64,000 nucleotides of DNA, taken from Spongospora subterranea f. sp. subterranea (Eukaryota). This document shows positions 1-11,851 of this stretch, piece after piece; within the stretch, counting starts at the first letter, position 1; every line of letters starts with the position of its first letter. The stretch covers positions 1 to 64,000 of the forward strand of contig JAUGWO010000082.1 of assembly GCA_049724395.1 (NCBI GenBank), read 5' to 3'. The position numbers were made by a program, and so were the translations under genes. Below the pieces are notes generated by a model. That model made no database searches. It was not told the DNA's origin and saw only the letters and a program-made list of their open reading frames with translations.

Positions 1-1411
1 GCCAGTAAGAGATTGCCGAGGATCGTGATCACCAATATCTGCTTATGGCGTCCTAGGATGGATTCCCGAAGCAGACTGAAAAAATGGTTCAGCTTCGTAA
101 TGGCAAGTCATTAGTGAAATTGAGAATGCTCAGTCGGCACCTAAACTGGGACTTGGATGAGGTCAAAGACTATAATAGCCTCTGTGTGTTTCTGGTCAGG
201 ACTATGGTTCCCTGCTCTGTCTGGGATTTGATGATCACAAACGGTATCGTCTGCTTAGAGAAAGGAGACGAATCCAGAACAGGTCGTGTTTCACGACAGT
301 GTCGCCATAACGGAACACATGATGGAACTACTGTTGGTCGAAAAGTCGGGGCGGGATACCGTTGAGGGCGGACAAAACTACATCGATGTTCCTCAGCATC
401 AACTAATTGCCAAGGCAACCAGCACCCTGCAAAAACTGATCCAAATTTCGAATTTTGTTCTGAAACTGGTGATCTCTTGCAGAAGATCGCTCTGCAGTAT
501 TAGTCCTCAGGTGAATCTTTTTTTTAAGCGCAATTGTATCCCCATTCTTCAATGTCTTGTGAAATGTTGTGGCAAAGACATGAACCTGTTCCAGCAACTG
601 TTGGGGAACGCGTTTCAATCACCGTAGTTTTGGATTTAAATGCTGCCCCGGTCGTGGAATAAATCGCAACACCTGCGGTTACCAGAGGACCAACATCGTC
701 AGAAACCTTGACAACAGGTTTTCAATCGCTTTTTTTTAGAAACACTGATGAACATTTATGCTTTCAGAGACGAAAACTGCGGTTTATTGGATCTCAGAGC
801 TCTTCTTGCTGCTGTGCAAACGTCAACAACCTCTGAAGATAAACTCAATCTGTGTTTCGAATTTAACGAGAAATACCGATCAAGTGGCATCAATGCTCGA
901 TATATTTTCCGAACACATTATAGCCAGTCTCAGAATCCCATCTGGGGTGCTTTGTTCATCACTGTGGCCAAGATATAAATGAATGGATTCGAAATGGGGC
1001 CTGAATTCGCGCATGGCCAATTCAGCACGCGAAAATGTCAGGGCTTGGAGTTCCTTCGTTGAGGATCGATTCGACCGACCATTTGATATTCCAGCAAGAA
1101 GTGGGATTCGCTATAAACCCACCCGAGACCTCCTCCCAGCGCTTTCCGAAATTTTCGAACAGTATAATCAGTTCATGATTGCGAAGAAACCATCGATGAG
1201 ACCGCCTCATCCTGGTTTAAGCTCTTTCATCAACTTATGCCGCCCTGTTTACAATTGTTTACATCGTCATTGCGCTGGTAGTGTTGAGGAATTTGTTCGG
1301 AGATGGGGAGAATCAGTACATTACACCGTGTTCAGTCGCAAATGCTGTCCTGGAACAGGCAGAATGAAATCTGATATCTGTCAATATAATTCTCGGTCAT
1401 CTCAAGGTTAG
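1..1411 (+). pseudogene. 3' part of a frameshifted gene with three tandem copies of a ~100-aa Cys-containing domain that resembles the C-terminus of the YR at 22649-25258
   Basis: Recurring motif: IPILQCLVKCCGKDMNLFQQLLG (ORF 286), NPIWGCFVHHCGQDINEWIRKWG (ORFs 748/983, read across frameshifts), RPVYNCLHRHCAGSVEEFVRRWG (ORF 983). The 5' end lies outside the window. Confidence 0.5.
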
Positions 1412-2559
1412 ATATGGGTTGTCCCCCCGCTAGACGTACAATGTTTGACACAAACCCAATTGCTGAATAAAATGGGAAAACGCATCACAAATAGATCGAC
1501 TTGTGGAAATGGGATAGAACCGATTTGTCGGAATAATCATAAAGGGTTATGAATTACGTATTGTGAGATGTTGTATATTCAGCCAATAATCACAAGAGAA
1601 GCGAATGTTCGGAATTGACGATAGCAGGCGAGGGATTCTGTTGCCATGGGTCACCTGGAGGGCAACGATCAAGGGTATGATTCCAATAACACGACATCGC
1701 CGACCATGACACTATTTCATGAATCTTGGCCGTCATGCGGTTTGGTCACCTAACCTCCGCCGCCAACATTTCCTCAGGTTATCATTTGACCCTATATCGC
1801 TGAAATACGCTTTGTATTCCACGAACTCGCATCGCAAGGTCTCATTGATTCGTTCTGGTAATGGTGTACAATGAAGCAGATTAGCGACGTTCTCAAAATT
1901 GCAACAATCCAGGTTGGTGATTTCGTTCTATAATCCGTTCAAAACGTCGAGTTTCAGACGAAGAATTGGGTGATATGGCGAATCCTGCCAGGGCCATTGA
2001 AACCATCACGAATTGCAACGTCAAACGATATCACTTAGTTCTAGAAAAGTGGTTTTCAAGTCCATACGCAAAGTGTTGGCGTGTTCGTTGACGAGGAGAC
2101 CATCTCGATACACAAAAAATCAGTTGGTTTGTGTTGAAGCGACATGACTGGCTCGTTGGATTTCTCCTTTGTCCCGATGGTGTTTGGGGTTGTAGTAAGT
2201 CGGTGATGACACCTGACCAACGTATAGCGACGGTCCTTATCGTGAACCTATGAATTTGTGCCCGGCTGACGAGCGATCGTCGGATAGCCCTAGCGTTGAC
2301 ACAGGAACTACAGACCCACATGTTGAGCGCATACACAAAAAAAAGGCTTGTTCGTTGAGTATGAGCACGTGAACGAACCCTCCGCTGTCGTGGTTTCGAC
2401 GAACGTTCATATTCGTTGGAGCCTATTCAAAATTAGCTTCATGTGAATGTCCTGCACAGTTTCGAAATCTCGTCAAGCCATGTTTAATATCCCATGTTTA
2501 ATATCCCATCTGCCCTGCGGATTGCACAAACGCCCCTGATCCACGAGGGGAACGTGGTG

Positions 2560-4036
2560 CGTGATCGTTGCCTTTCTAGCCACATTGCGGATCACGATAT
2601 CGGGCCATGAGCGATCAAGACGCACTCTACACCCTGAAAATGTGATCCGTTCTTCCCTCGCTCGTTGTTGTTTCTCCTCTCCCTTTCATTGCGATCAGTT
2701 GATCCCCGAACCTGTACTCTCCAGGAAGTGTGTGAAAACATTCCCTCCGGTCCAGTACAAATGGCCAGAATGTCACGCGTGCTCGGATTGCAGCCAATTC
2801 GTGATTCGAGTTCATGTCTTCAGCTGCACGATGACCTGGCCGAGCATCTCTAGACATGCAAACGACTACTGATCAACTTTTTTGATTATGAAATTGTGGG
2901 CATTATCGATTTTTGCTGCGCTTGAGCCGTCCAATTTTAAATCGGCATGGAACGCCGTCCCAAAACCGACAGGATTGTTCTCAATAATGATCCCGATGCA
3001 CTCTATCCCTTCATCGTCGAGCAAGCTATAGCGTATCATCGTGTTCATCCCCTCATTATCCGACCCCGTTCTACCGACAGCGCTGGGGCTACCGGTGTTC
3101 GCTCGTTTTGCCTCAATCCGGCCTGTGCCGCACGACAAAAGCATCACCTCGTTCGAAACTGCCGAGCCCTCACCGACGACGTCTTCATGGCGAATTCCGC
3201 ACGACGCTCGCCAAAGTCTACCGCCTCGAACTTCGTCCACCAGCTACGAACGTCGGGGATCCATGGCGCCAGATACGTCGGTGAGCCAAGGACGCCCCCC
3301 GTCTGTTGCCGCTTCCGGCCCTCGTTCGCATGAGATCGCGCCCAGCTCCCAATACCCTAAACACTCGATCTCATACCACGTCTATGGCGAACGGTTCAGT
3401 ATCTCCGCGTTCTCTTTCTTGGAACTAATGGGTTTCCCCGTCGTCGAAATCAGCCCCCAGCATTACCGCGGTCGTCGCGATCACCCGGCCCGAATATAAG
3501 TCGCTCTGTTCACTTTCCAACCGAAAGAACTGCAGTAGGTGACGATTATACTCCCAGTGTAGTTCCCCCCGGAACTAGACGTAAGTTTTCCATATTGACC
3601 ACAGGGGCGACCGTATCGACGACCAATGCTGTACCATCTTTCGGCCGATCCCGAAGATACGTCCTCGGGAACTCATATCAATACCGGGACTCTGTCGGTT
3701 GGCGATCTCGCATTGGATGTCGTGGCGACCGTTGACAGCGGATCTGAACTCACTCTCCTGGGACAACATGAATGGTGCGAGGTCAGCGCTCTCGCGGTAG
3801 CTGGTGGTGTCGAGGTCTTTACTCGGAGAATCAACGTACCGTTCGCCATGGAATTTCTGGGAGAGCGGAACGTTCGTCTCTTCAACGCCAAGGTCGATAT
3901 CAACATCAATATTTCTGAGGGTCCCGTGATTATGGGTCGGACATGGATTTACATCAGGGACGGCGACCTTTCATCTCTTCCTGATTGGTGGACCCGCGTC
4001 TCTGCAAATTCGGCGTCGATGTACGCGCCCAGCTAA
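2560..4036 (+). mobile_element. Degenerate Ty3/Gypsy gag-protease relic
   Basis: Gag-like knuckle CLNPACAARQKHHLVRNC (2947-3333) followed by retropepsin motif VATVDSGSELTLLG...VIMGRTWI (3626-4036); frameshifted; no RT follows. Confidence 0.65.
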
Positions 4037-4259
4037 AACTCAAGTGGCCAGGAAGGATGGAAGGTCGCCGTGCCTGATTTGAATCCATGTCCGACCCATG
4101 ATCACGGGACCCTCAGAAGTATTGGTGCTGATATCGACCTTGGCGTGAAGAGACGAACGTTCCGCTCTCCCAGAAATTCCATGGAACGGCACGTTGATTC
4201 TCCGAGTAGGGACCTCGACACCGCCAGCTACCGCGAGAGCTTTGACCTCGCACCATTCA
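3769..4259. repeat. Diverged inverted repeat, arms ~3769-3983 and ~4049-4259, spacer ~65 bp
   Basis: The minus-strand ORF 4040-4291 reproduces EWCEV.ALAVAGGVEV.TRRINVPF...GPVIMGRTWI; the nucleotide arms are reverse complements with scattered substitutions and indels. Confidence 0.9.
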
Positions 4260-4261
4260 CT

Positions 4262-5250
4262 CGAGAGGAGGCAATTGCAAAGCGTAAACAAAATAAGCGT
4301 GTTCCACTTGATCTGGACGTAGAACTCTGGACTGATGGAGGTTTACGAAAGGAAAAAAAAATGGGGGCGTTGCTGCCCTCATTCGACACAAAAATACAAA
4401 TGTGAAGCGGGAAATTACATCGAATAGGAAGGCGAGATCAAATGCATTACATGCTGGTCTTGAACTGGCCATAGATAACATATTCAAAAAAAGAACGATT
4501 TATCTCACGCCATCGAGATGATGTTTGGTGATTCCAAGTTCGATGGGAATATTGGAGTCTTCTGCGACCGGGGACGATAGTGGAGGGGGGAAGGCAGGTC
4601 GAGGTCAACCCCAATGACAAACGTGTAATCCCCAAGGCGTGGTTCAAAGGAGATTCACTGAAATATCAATTGTACTCTTGGCCTGGCGTGTCCTATGTAT
4701 TGACTTGGGACAGCGAACAATGACCACACTGTGCACTGACAAGGGCGACCTGAACCATTACCCCAATCTTTGTAGCTGTTAAAGATGGGAAAGACAATGC
4801 CCTTTCCAGACAACTGGGGTGAGAAAAACACTCACAGTATCCCGTCAAACGGATTGCGGTGATGACATTCACTGGACCGAACAGGAAACCAGGGACAACA
4901 CCATTAAATGGGCAACACAAACGGAGTACGCGAACTGTAGAAAACACAAAATGCAACAAAGGAGTAGCGCCAAATTTACATGTATTGATTAGAGATAGAC
5001 ACAACATGGCAAACCTGACCAGACGACGAAGACGCCCAACAGACGCAACGAACCATTTATATGACGGAAGATTCTGTACATTCCCCATTTTGAAAATGCT
5101 GTATGCAGGTAAGCGATATCGGGTCGGACCGTGTAAGCAAAAACTGTTTTGAGCACAATAGGGACATCTTCTTGGATAGAAGCTAGAGGTTCCCATGTTG
5201 TGTCTTGCCCTTCGAAGCCAGCCCACCGTACTTGAACTTCAATTACATCG
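4262..5250 (+). mobile_element. Possible decayed RNase H-containing retroelement fragment
   Basis: VELWTDGG resembles the first acidic motif of RNase H; the remainder is too decayed to confirm. Confidence 0.3.
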
Positions 5251-6460
5251 CCCGAGCGGTGTTGCGGCGGATGTCGTGCAGGCTCTCGACAAAATGCCCA
5301 TGTCCATCTTGAGCAATCTGTTCATAGATTTCCTGATATATCTCGATGTGAGTCATTATATCTCTTGAGACGACAACAAAAGCACATCTGCAATGTGTGA
5401 TGAAATAATCGATCCTTCACCTTATAAACATACGCATTGATGGTTCCGACAATCTGGCCGGGAAAGTGCCAAGTGCCAGAGAGTTTATGGCGTTTTGTGT
5501 GGCGGCTCAAATTAGCCGCGACGTCGTCTCCTCTTTCGAAGTTGATGGGGACGACATTTCGCTGTTTAGCCCGAGATACTGGCCACGTTGACGAATCAAT
5601 TTACTGTCGACTTGACGGTGGACGATATCGCACGCTGCAGCTAGATCAGTAGTGATATCATGAACTGCTTGGAATGTCAAAGGGATGTCCCCGATCTGGT
5701 TGAGAGGTTCGATGAAGACAGTGGAGAGAGAGGTCGGTCATTATAGTGACTGGAGCGGAAACCAATATGAGTTCGTACACGAAGATTTAGAACGATATAT
5801 TGACTAATGGAAGTACATAAGGCCAATCATGAAATGTCCAGCGGAATTCAGATACGAGCGCACGAAGGACATGAAGTAGAAGTTTGTTCACTACTTCAAC
5901 CGTTCCGTTCGCCCAAGGAGAATTTGCAGTAGTAAAATGATGGTCAATATGAAGGCGAGAGCACAGGTCTCCTACCACTTGGTTCTTGGAATGAGGGCTC
6001 TGGTCGGATACATGTGTGAACACGATGCCAAACCTCTTAAACCAGTTTCAAAGTGGTCGGCAAATTCGCACAGAATTAACTCTATAACCTAACTCAGGTC
6101 GTCTTTGATACCGAGAACATCAACAAAATTGTGTGATGATTTCCTGGGTGATGTGTCGATGAACAAAAAAATCATGATGAATTACTTGATTGGGTCTGGT
6201 CGCATGGATCGCATGCCCAAACGGACGTGGGACCACATTCCCTCGTAGGCGAACGCGGTCAAGGCATTTTTCGACAATGCCAACAATATCGTCTGTCACT
6301 CCCTTCCACCAGAAAAAAGTGAAATAATAGACCGGACCGGCAAGGCCACTGTGGGCGATGACGACGATGCGCAAAGCGGGGCCACAGCCCGGCTGAATCG
6401 GGATCCAAATTCGATCATCAGCAATGGTCTTCCATAGACCATCAGTTCGAGGCGACACGG
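5250..6460 (-). mobile_element. Degenerate Gypsy integrase relic
   Basis: RIVVIAHSGLAG...FWW...VPRPFGHAIHATRPNQVIHHDF (zinc-binding region), VSDQSPH...HHFTTANSPWANGTVEVVN (rve core), KLSGTW...YVYKVKD; broken by frameshifts. Confidence 0.8.
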
Positions 6461-7208
6461 AAAGGTTCCACCTTCATGCATTGAGCAGCACAGCATTAGC
6501 CAGAACCCTTGCAGGGCGGTTTCAAATTCGCTCTCGTACTTCGGTGAGGAAGGTCCTTTACGCAGCAGAAAGAACCAGAATTATCCTGTTGGTAGCTCTG
6601 TTATCTTGACGAAATCTTGACGGGGGAGTGGTAGTATTGGTATCGCACCGAAACCATACTGTATTATAAATCGATATCGTAAGATAGCTCAGTATGATAG
6701 AGGAGGCAGAATCGATCGTCGCGCCCGGCGTGTTTCAATAAGCTTAAGGCGGAAATTCGGACACGACTCAAGGTATTTCCGGGAGTTTCGAAAAAGTGGC
6801 CCATATGTTCAGACGCTCAACAAAGGGCTATCAGCGTTTGACTTGCAGCTCGATGAGCTTGCTCCTGGTAGCCTCAAGGGATTGGCAGGTCGACCGTGGT
6901 TAATTGAAGCGAGAGATAGCTGAAAGAGATGGCCCCATCAGTCGTTCCCCCAATTAATCTCCCACTGATTCGGAACCTGTTCGGGTGTGTCAAGTCCAAC
7001 GCACAGAAAAGACTGGACCAAGAAAGAACTGACACGCACTTTTTGATCCAGTCTTTTTAGTTGATCACTTTGAAAATGGCTTAAAAGGATCTCAAGTGGG
7101 TGCCAGTACAAGGACCTTCAAATTTAGACCATCAATTATCGGGGTCATCTGTCCTTCTCTGCTTCATATCTCGCCCATCTTAACTACATCAGTTCCATTA
7201 CATTATTC

Positions 7209-8852
7209 ATGGCCCGCTGTCGGCTCCGTAAATGCGTCGTCGCCATCATCTGCAGCGTCGTCGTTCTCCAATTCGGGCTGCTCTATCTGTCGACATCCCG
7301 AATCGGTTCCATTCTAGTTGCCAGACACTCTGCTGTTAATCAGCCGGATGCCTTGCGGGACAACATCGTCGCCAAGTTCCCAGTTATCGAATATGAATCT
7401 TTATTACGTATAGGGAAATATCCCGATTCCAGCTGTGAATACAAAACGGGTATACCCGCCCTTCAAGAATGGCTCAGCTCCGAATCTCAATTCGTTCGCC
7501 GGGGTGAAGCGCCACTCTTAAGTTGTCGGGTCACGACTTTACCCGATCAACCGGAAGCCACTCGACCACATACGTAATCCCATATTGCAGTCCAATCCTG
7601 GGAACGATTCTGAATCCGATTTAGGCTGTGTAATGGGTCGGAAATATATCTCGACCCATCGAAGCTCGCGCCGGCGTTCTGCCCGGAATATCGCCCTGGG
7701 TATCTATGCGATCCCATAGCGTCGTACAATCATTATGGTCGGGGCGCCTTCTCGTTCAATGCCCCTTGCCGCCATTTGCCTCAGTTCACCATGGATAAGT
7801 TCCCACAGGACCATCTCAAAGATATTTTTTCCAGTGTCGTCTGCCGCGACACAATCACGTCTAATCAAAACAAATCAATGGCGTTATTGGACGGGACCAC
7901 TCTTCTCATCACTCGCGAAAGGGGCGAGCATTTTAATTTATTCCACGCGGCGACCGATTGGTTGAACGCGTTCATGTCGATTGTTCTACTGGTAAATGGC
8001 TCTCTTTGCCCCAACCTGTTGGTCTTCATTAAACAATCAAAACAGGATGTGCCATTCGAGAACGTATCAGTCCTGCTACTAGATGATCACGCGCCTAGTA
8101 ATCTTGATATTGTCTGGGACGTCGTGTTCAGTCGACGCAGACCAACCCAACGTGCTCGTCGACTTCCGGAATCGGTTCTAATCGAGCATGGGGTTTTCGT
8201 TCCAGCTGGATACTCCTCGATTTTGTACAAGTCCAATGAACATGGACTGTCGTGTGACCCGGGGAAAGATGGTGTCGGGCTCATGAGGGCGTTCGCTCGG
8301 CATGTCGTCACCTCATTCAACATCACAGCGCGCCGGCACGATCATATCCGTATCCTGCTCGTGCTGCGAAAACCGTATTCGTCCGGGCAATTCGAACATA
8401 AATTTATCGGACGACAGATCGATAACGAAGACGACGTCATATCGATGATTAGATCGTTACCAGGAACGGAGCTCACCGTTGTTGATTTCGCCAAGGTTCC
8501 GCTTCGTGATCAAATTGATCAAGTCCATTCATCGGATGTGATGATCGGAATGCATGGAGCGGGCTTGCTTCATGCATTCTGGCTGCCCCTTCATGGCGCA
8601 CTCGTTGAAATTCGTCCAACACCGAACATGTAATTTATTCAGCCCGGAATACGGTTCGCTGAACTGAGCGTCCTTTTTAGGGGATGGAGGTGTTTCAGGA
8701 ATATCGCCATACAAGTTGGGCTCATATATGATGAGTACACGAACGACGAATTCCCGTCAAATTACCGAGAAGACGCCCGCGGTGATTACACTATCAATCG
8801 ACGTGAAGAAACTGGAAAACAAACTAAAAACAGTAATAGCGAAGATCTATAG
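7209..8852 (+). CDS. Glycosyltransferase family 61 (DUF563 / EOGT-like), type II membrane protein, 4 exons
   Basis: N-terminal TM segment (VVAIICSVVVLQFGLLYL); motifs NLFHAATDWLNAF and DVMIGMHGAGLLHAFWLP..GALVEI. GT-AG introns 7574-7624, 7992-8045 and 8630-8680 join the frames. Stop at 8852, or 8871 if a 1-nt indel is corrected. Confidence 0.85.
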
Positions 8853-9419
8853 GAAAAATACAACGCAATAGGAGCAATTTTGGGCGGGCCAGTTGCACCC
8901 ACAGAGAAGGAACATCAAGTTGAATTTCGTTTAACCTCGTTTTGACTTGCTGCTTCATTTCCGAATTTGAATTATTGCACACACGTTGCAGACGATCGAC
9001 GCATTCGAACAGTGCTGGCTAGTTCACCGACACTTCACGAAGCAACACATAACCAACCGTAAACGAACAGCACAATAATTGCCAGCCGGAGATCTGCTCA
9101 AGTTTCAATATGTGTGATCCAAATGACTGGGCGGATAGTTTATATGTACACCAAGTGTATATCTAAACTGAAACCATTCCCTATACACATGTCAATATCC
9201 GGATATCGCCACATCGTAGGTCACGGGGTGTATGTCGTCCTATGTTTCATGTCAGTGTACACGAATTGGTATTTAAATAGCGTTCCGGTTGTTATCCCCC
9301 AAGGGAAGAAATGATCATCAGGAGCAGGCAAAAAAACGTGTCGTTGGATCAAACTTGCCTTGAGGAGTGGTGAAGCCTTCGAGACGGGCATCCGACAAAA
9401 CAGTTGAATCGGCTGCCGA

Positions 9420-10350
9420 CGCGTCGACATTCTGCGTTAGATCGCCTTGTCGAACGTCAAGGCTCGCGCGGAGCAAGTTGATTTGCCGAGCTGATTCACG
9501 GCAATCCAAACTCGGATTTATGAGAATTTTGCGGATGAACTCTTCACTGTTTCTGAAATTGGTAAACATCCTCACCAGTTCGGGGTCATTCCGTGCAACT
9601 AGACACATGGAAGTTGCAGAACAGGTTGCAATATTTTTATTCACTGCATCACAGAGTGCAACAAACCGAGACTCTCAAGAAGGAGCGGCGAAACGATAAG
9701 TAGGTTGTTATTGTCTGGCTGTTTGTCATAAATCTTCCCACCTCATTAGTTTGATTTAAAGGGTCTTCGAAATGTGACTCTTGCCATTTGCGGAATGGCT
9801 TGCGATTACATCCGGCTACCTGCAAATGAGACACCCCCACAAATTCGGCACAACCCGAAGATGTTTCCGTTTTTGCAGAATTGCCGAATGGCATTCGACG
9901 GAACGCATGTTGCCGCTTTGGTATCTGCGAAGGACGCTCAACCGAACAGAAATCGGAAGGGATTTCTGAGTCAAAATATATTTGCAGCGTGCTCTTTTCG
10001 ACCTTTGTTTCAAATATACTCTTGGTGGTTGGGAGGGGTCGGCAGCAGGTTCAACTGTTTTGTCGGATGCTCGTCTCAAAGGCTTCACCACTCCTTAAGG
10101 CAAGTTTGTTTTGGGAGACGCTGGTAGCGCTCTAACGACGGAAGTGATGACCCCGTACCGCTGGGTGCGATATGATCTCCGCGAACGGAAGCAGGGCAAT
10201 TTGAGGTCTTCACATGCGTTTTCTCGTTATCTTTATTAAGATTCGCAGGCCCCAGACCACGAAAGAGTTGTACAACTTGAGACATTCGCAAATGCGAAAT
10301 GAATTTGTGAGAATTTTCGGGAGCTTGAAGCGTAGGTTTCCCATAATCGT
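9420..10350 (+). pseudogene. PIF/Harbinger transposase (DDE_Tnp_4) pseudogene
   Basis: LRMN..LF..LV, VAEQVAIFLF, FPFLQNCRMAFDGTHV, RNRKGFLSQNIFAACSFD, GWEGSA, LGDAG, ELYNLRH; frameshifts and stops. Confidence 0.9.
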
Positions 10351-10360
10351 CCCAGCGTCA

Positions 10361-10404
10361 AATTCTCTCTAGACATGCAGGCGCCTGCATGTCTAGAGAG
10401 AATT
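10361..10404. repeat. Perfect 44-bp palindrome, imperfectly extendable to ~10351-10417
   Basis: aattctctctagacatgcaggc|gcctgcatgtctagagagaatt. Confidence 0.95.
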
Positions 10405-10448
10405 CTGACGCTGTGGGAATCTGGCGAACTTCATCCCAGCCAAAGCCA

Positions 10449-10780
10449 TTATTGTCTTTCAGGCGAAAAAACGTAGAGTGTCACTTCTTCAGCTTGCAAA
10501 CAGTTTGAAGAGTACAATTTATGGTTGCCCTGAACTTTTACCTGTTTCAGGATGTGGCTAATTATCATGGGAGCGTGTATGACTTCCTCAAACGGCTGCA
10601 CCCTGGATTCACGGGTACAGTGGCTAAACGCCGATAGCGATTGCATCCTTGTTTTTATTTTTTCTACGCTATAGTCAGTGTGGAAACGCTGATTGAAAGG
10701 TCCATGCTTCTTTCGTAAAGCCAGTATCAGCCGGTTTTCCATCAACAGCTTGCTCAATCAACAGCGCCACCAAGGCTCTG
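10449..10780 (-). pseudogene. Harbinger-associated Myb/SANT-like DNA-binding ORF relic, convergent with the transposase
   Basis: ALLIEQAVDGKPADTGFTKEAW...DYSVEKIKTRMQSL, read across a frameshift; typical second ORF of PIF/Harbinger. Confidence 0.7.
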
Positions 10781-10799
10781 AGAGATGAGAGATGAATAA

Positions 10800-11570
10800 A
10801 GAGAAGGCAGAGAAAGAGCACGACGGAAGATAACAGGAAGATGAGAGAGCTACACGGAACAATGTTGGTTCGGACGAGTTTGCCCGTTTTCGGCTGGAAA
10901 CCGAGGCTCATCATCACCAGTCTGCTCAACCAAAATGCGACCCTGATGGAGCAGCAAGTACCTTTTGGGTCAGTTGGAAACTGGGTATCTCGGGCGCATC
11001 GGAGCATGACATGTGGGCGTTTGGTCCAGGAAGTATCCGATATGGCAAGCCACAGCCAACATAGCGGCCTTGCAGAATATTCTTGATCACGTTTGCGATC
11101 CATTTTTCCTGAACGGAGTTTAATAGTGCCTGAATGTTTTCCGCTTTGGCATGGCTCCGTCGTGGGGCAATCGAACGGCGACGAATAAAACGGCGGCGGT
11201 TCTGATGGCACACCTGTCAAGGGCGAAACTAGATTTTCGAATAGGCGATGCGTGCCGTCCAGTCGATTTAAGATATCGTCAAGCGCGGCCATGCTCAGAA
11301 AAAGAGAAGAAAAATGAAATAGGATGTGAGGATCGATTCTGCTTAACTCTAGGGTGTCTCTGTATGTCACTGTTGTCTTACCTCTGGAATTACTCGCTTA
11401 ATACACTCATCAATACTTTTTCTTTTGCAAAAAGTGTGTCATCCTTGGGAACAATGGTGGACAAATTCTTCGAATATACGGTACTTCCGTTCGGTTTATC
11501 TACCGCTCCTGTCTTCTTTCAGGAAATTACATGGCATTATGTGACATCATTAACAAGATTTTGCCAGTGA
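10800..11570 (+). mobile_element. Reverse transcriptase fragment, possibly DIRS-type
   Basis: FFEYTVLPFGLSTAPVFFQ at ~11465-11525; surrounding sequence is decayed. Confidence 0.45.
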
Positions 11571-11851
11571 AAGTTGCCGTTTAACTTGTCCACCATTGTT
11601 TCAAATGATGACAAACTCTTTGCAAAAGAAAAGGACGAGTACTGTACAGTAATCCCAGAGAGACAAAAGACACTTCCGACCCGAGTGAGGCCCGACCCCC
11701 ACTACAAGGGTGCGGGGCCTTCCTCCTGTTCCGCTCCAGTCCAGGTCCGACCTGTGGAACAAGTGTGGGAGAACGCGGAAAGTAAAGTCAGGTACAGTAC
11801 GGTTTGGCATACAGGGAGGGACAGGGCATATTCCTATATTGTGACAGGATC

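Noticed and set aside
2478..2508. 14-bp tandem duplication catgtttaatatcc
   Set aside because: Ordinary slippage or repair duplication.
7007..7058. ~19-bp imperfect stem-loop upstream of the GT61 gene
   Set aside because: Short and AT-rich; no support for an ncRNA or MITE.
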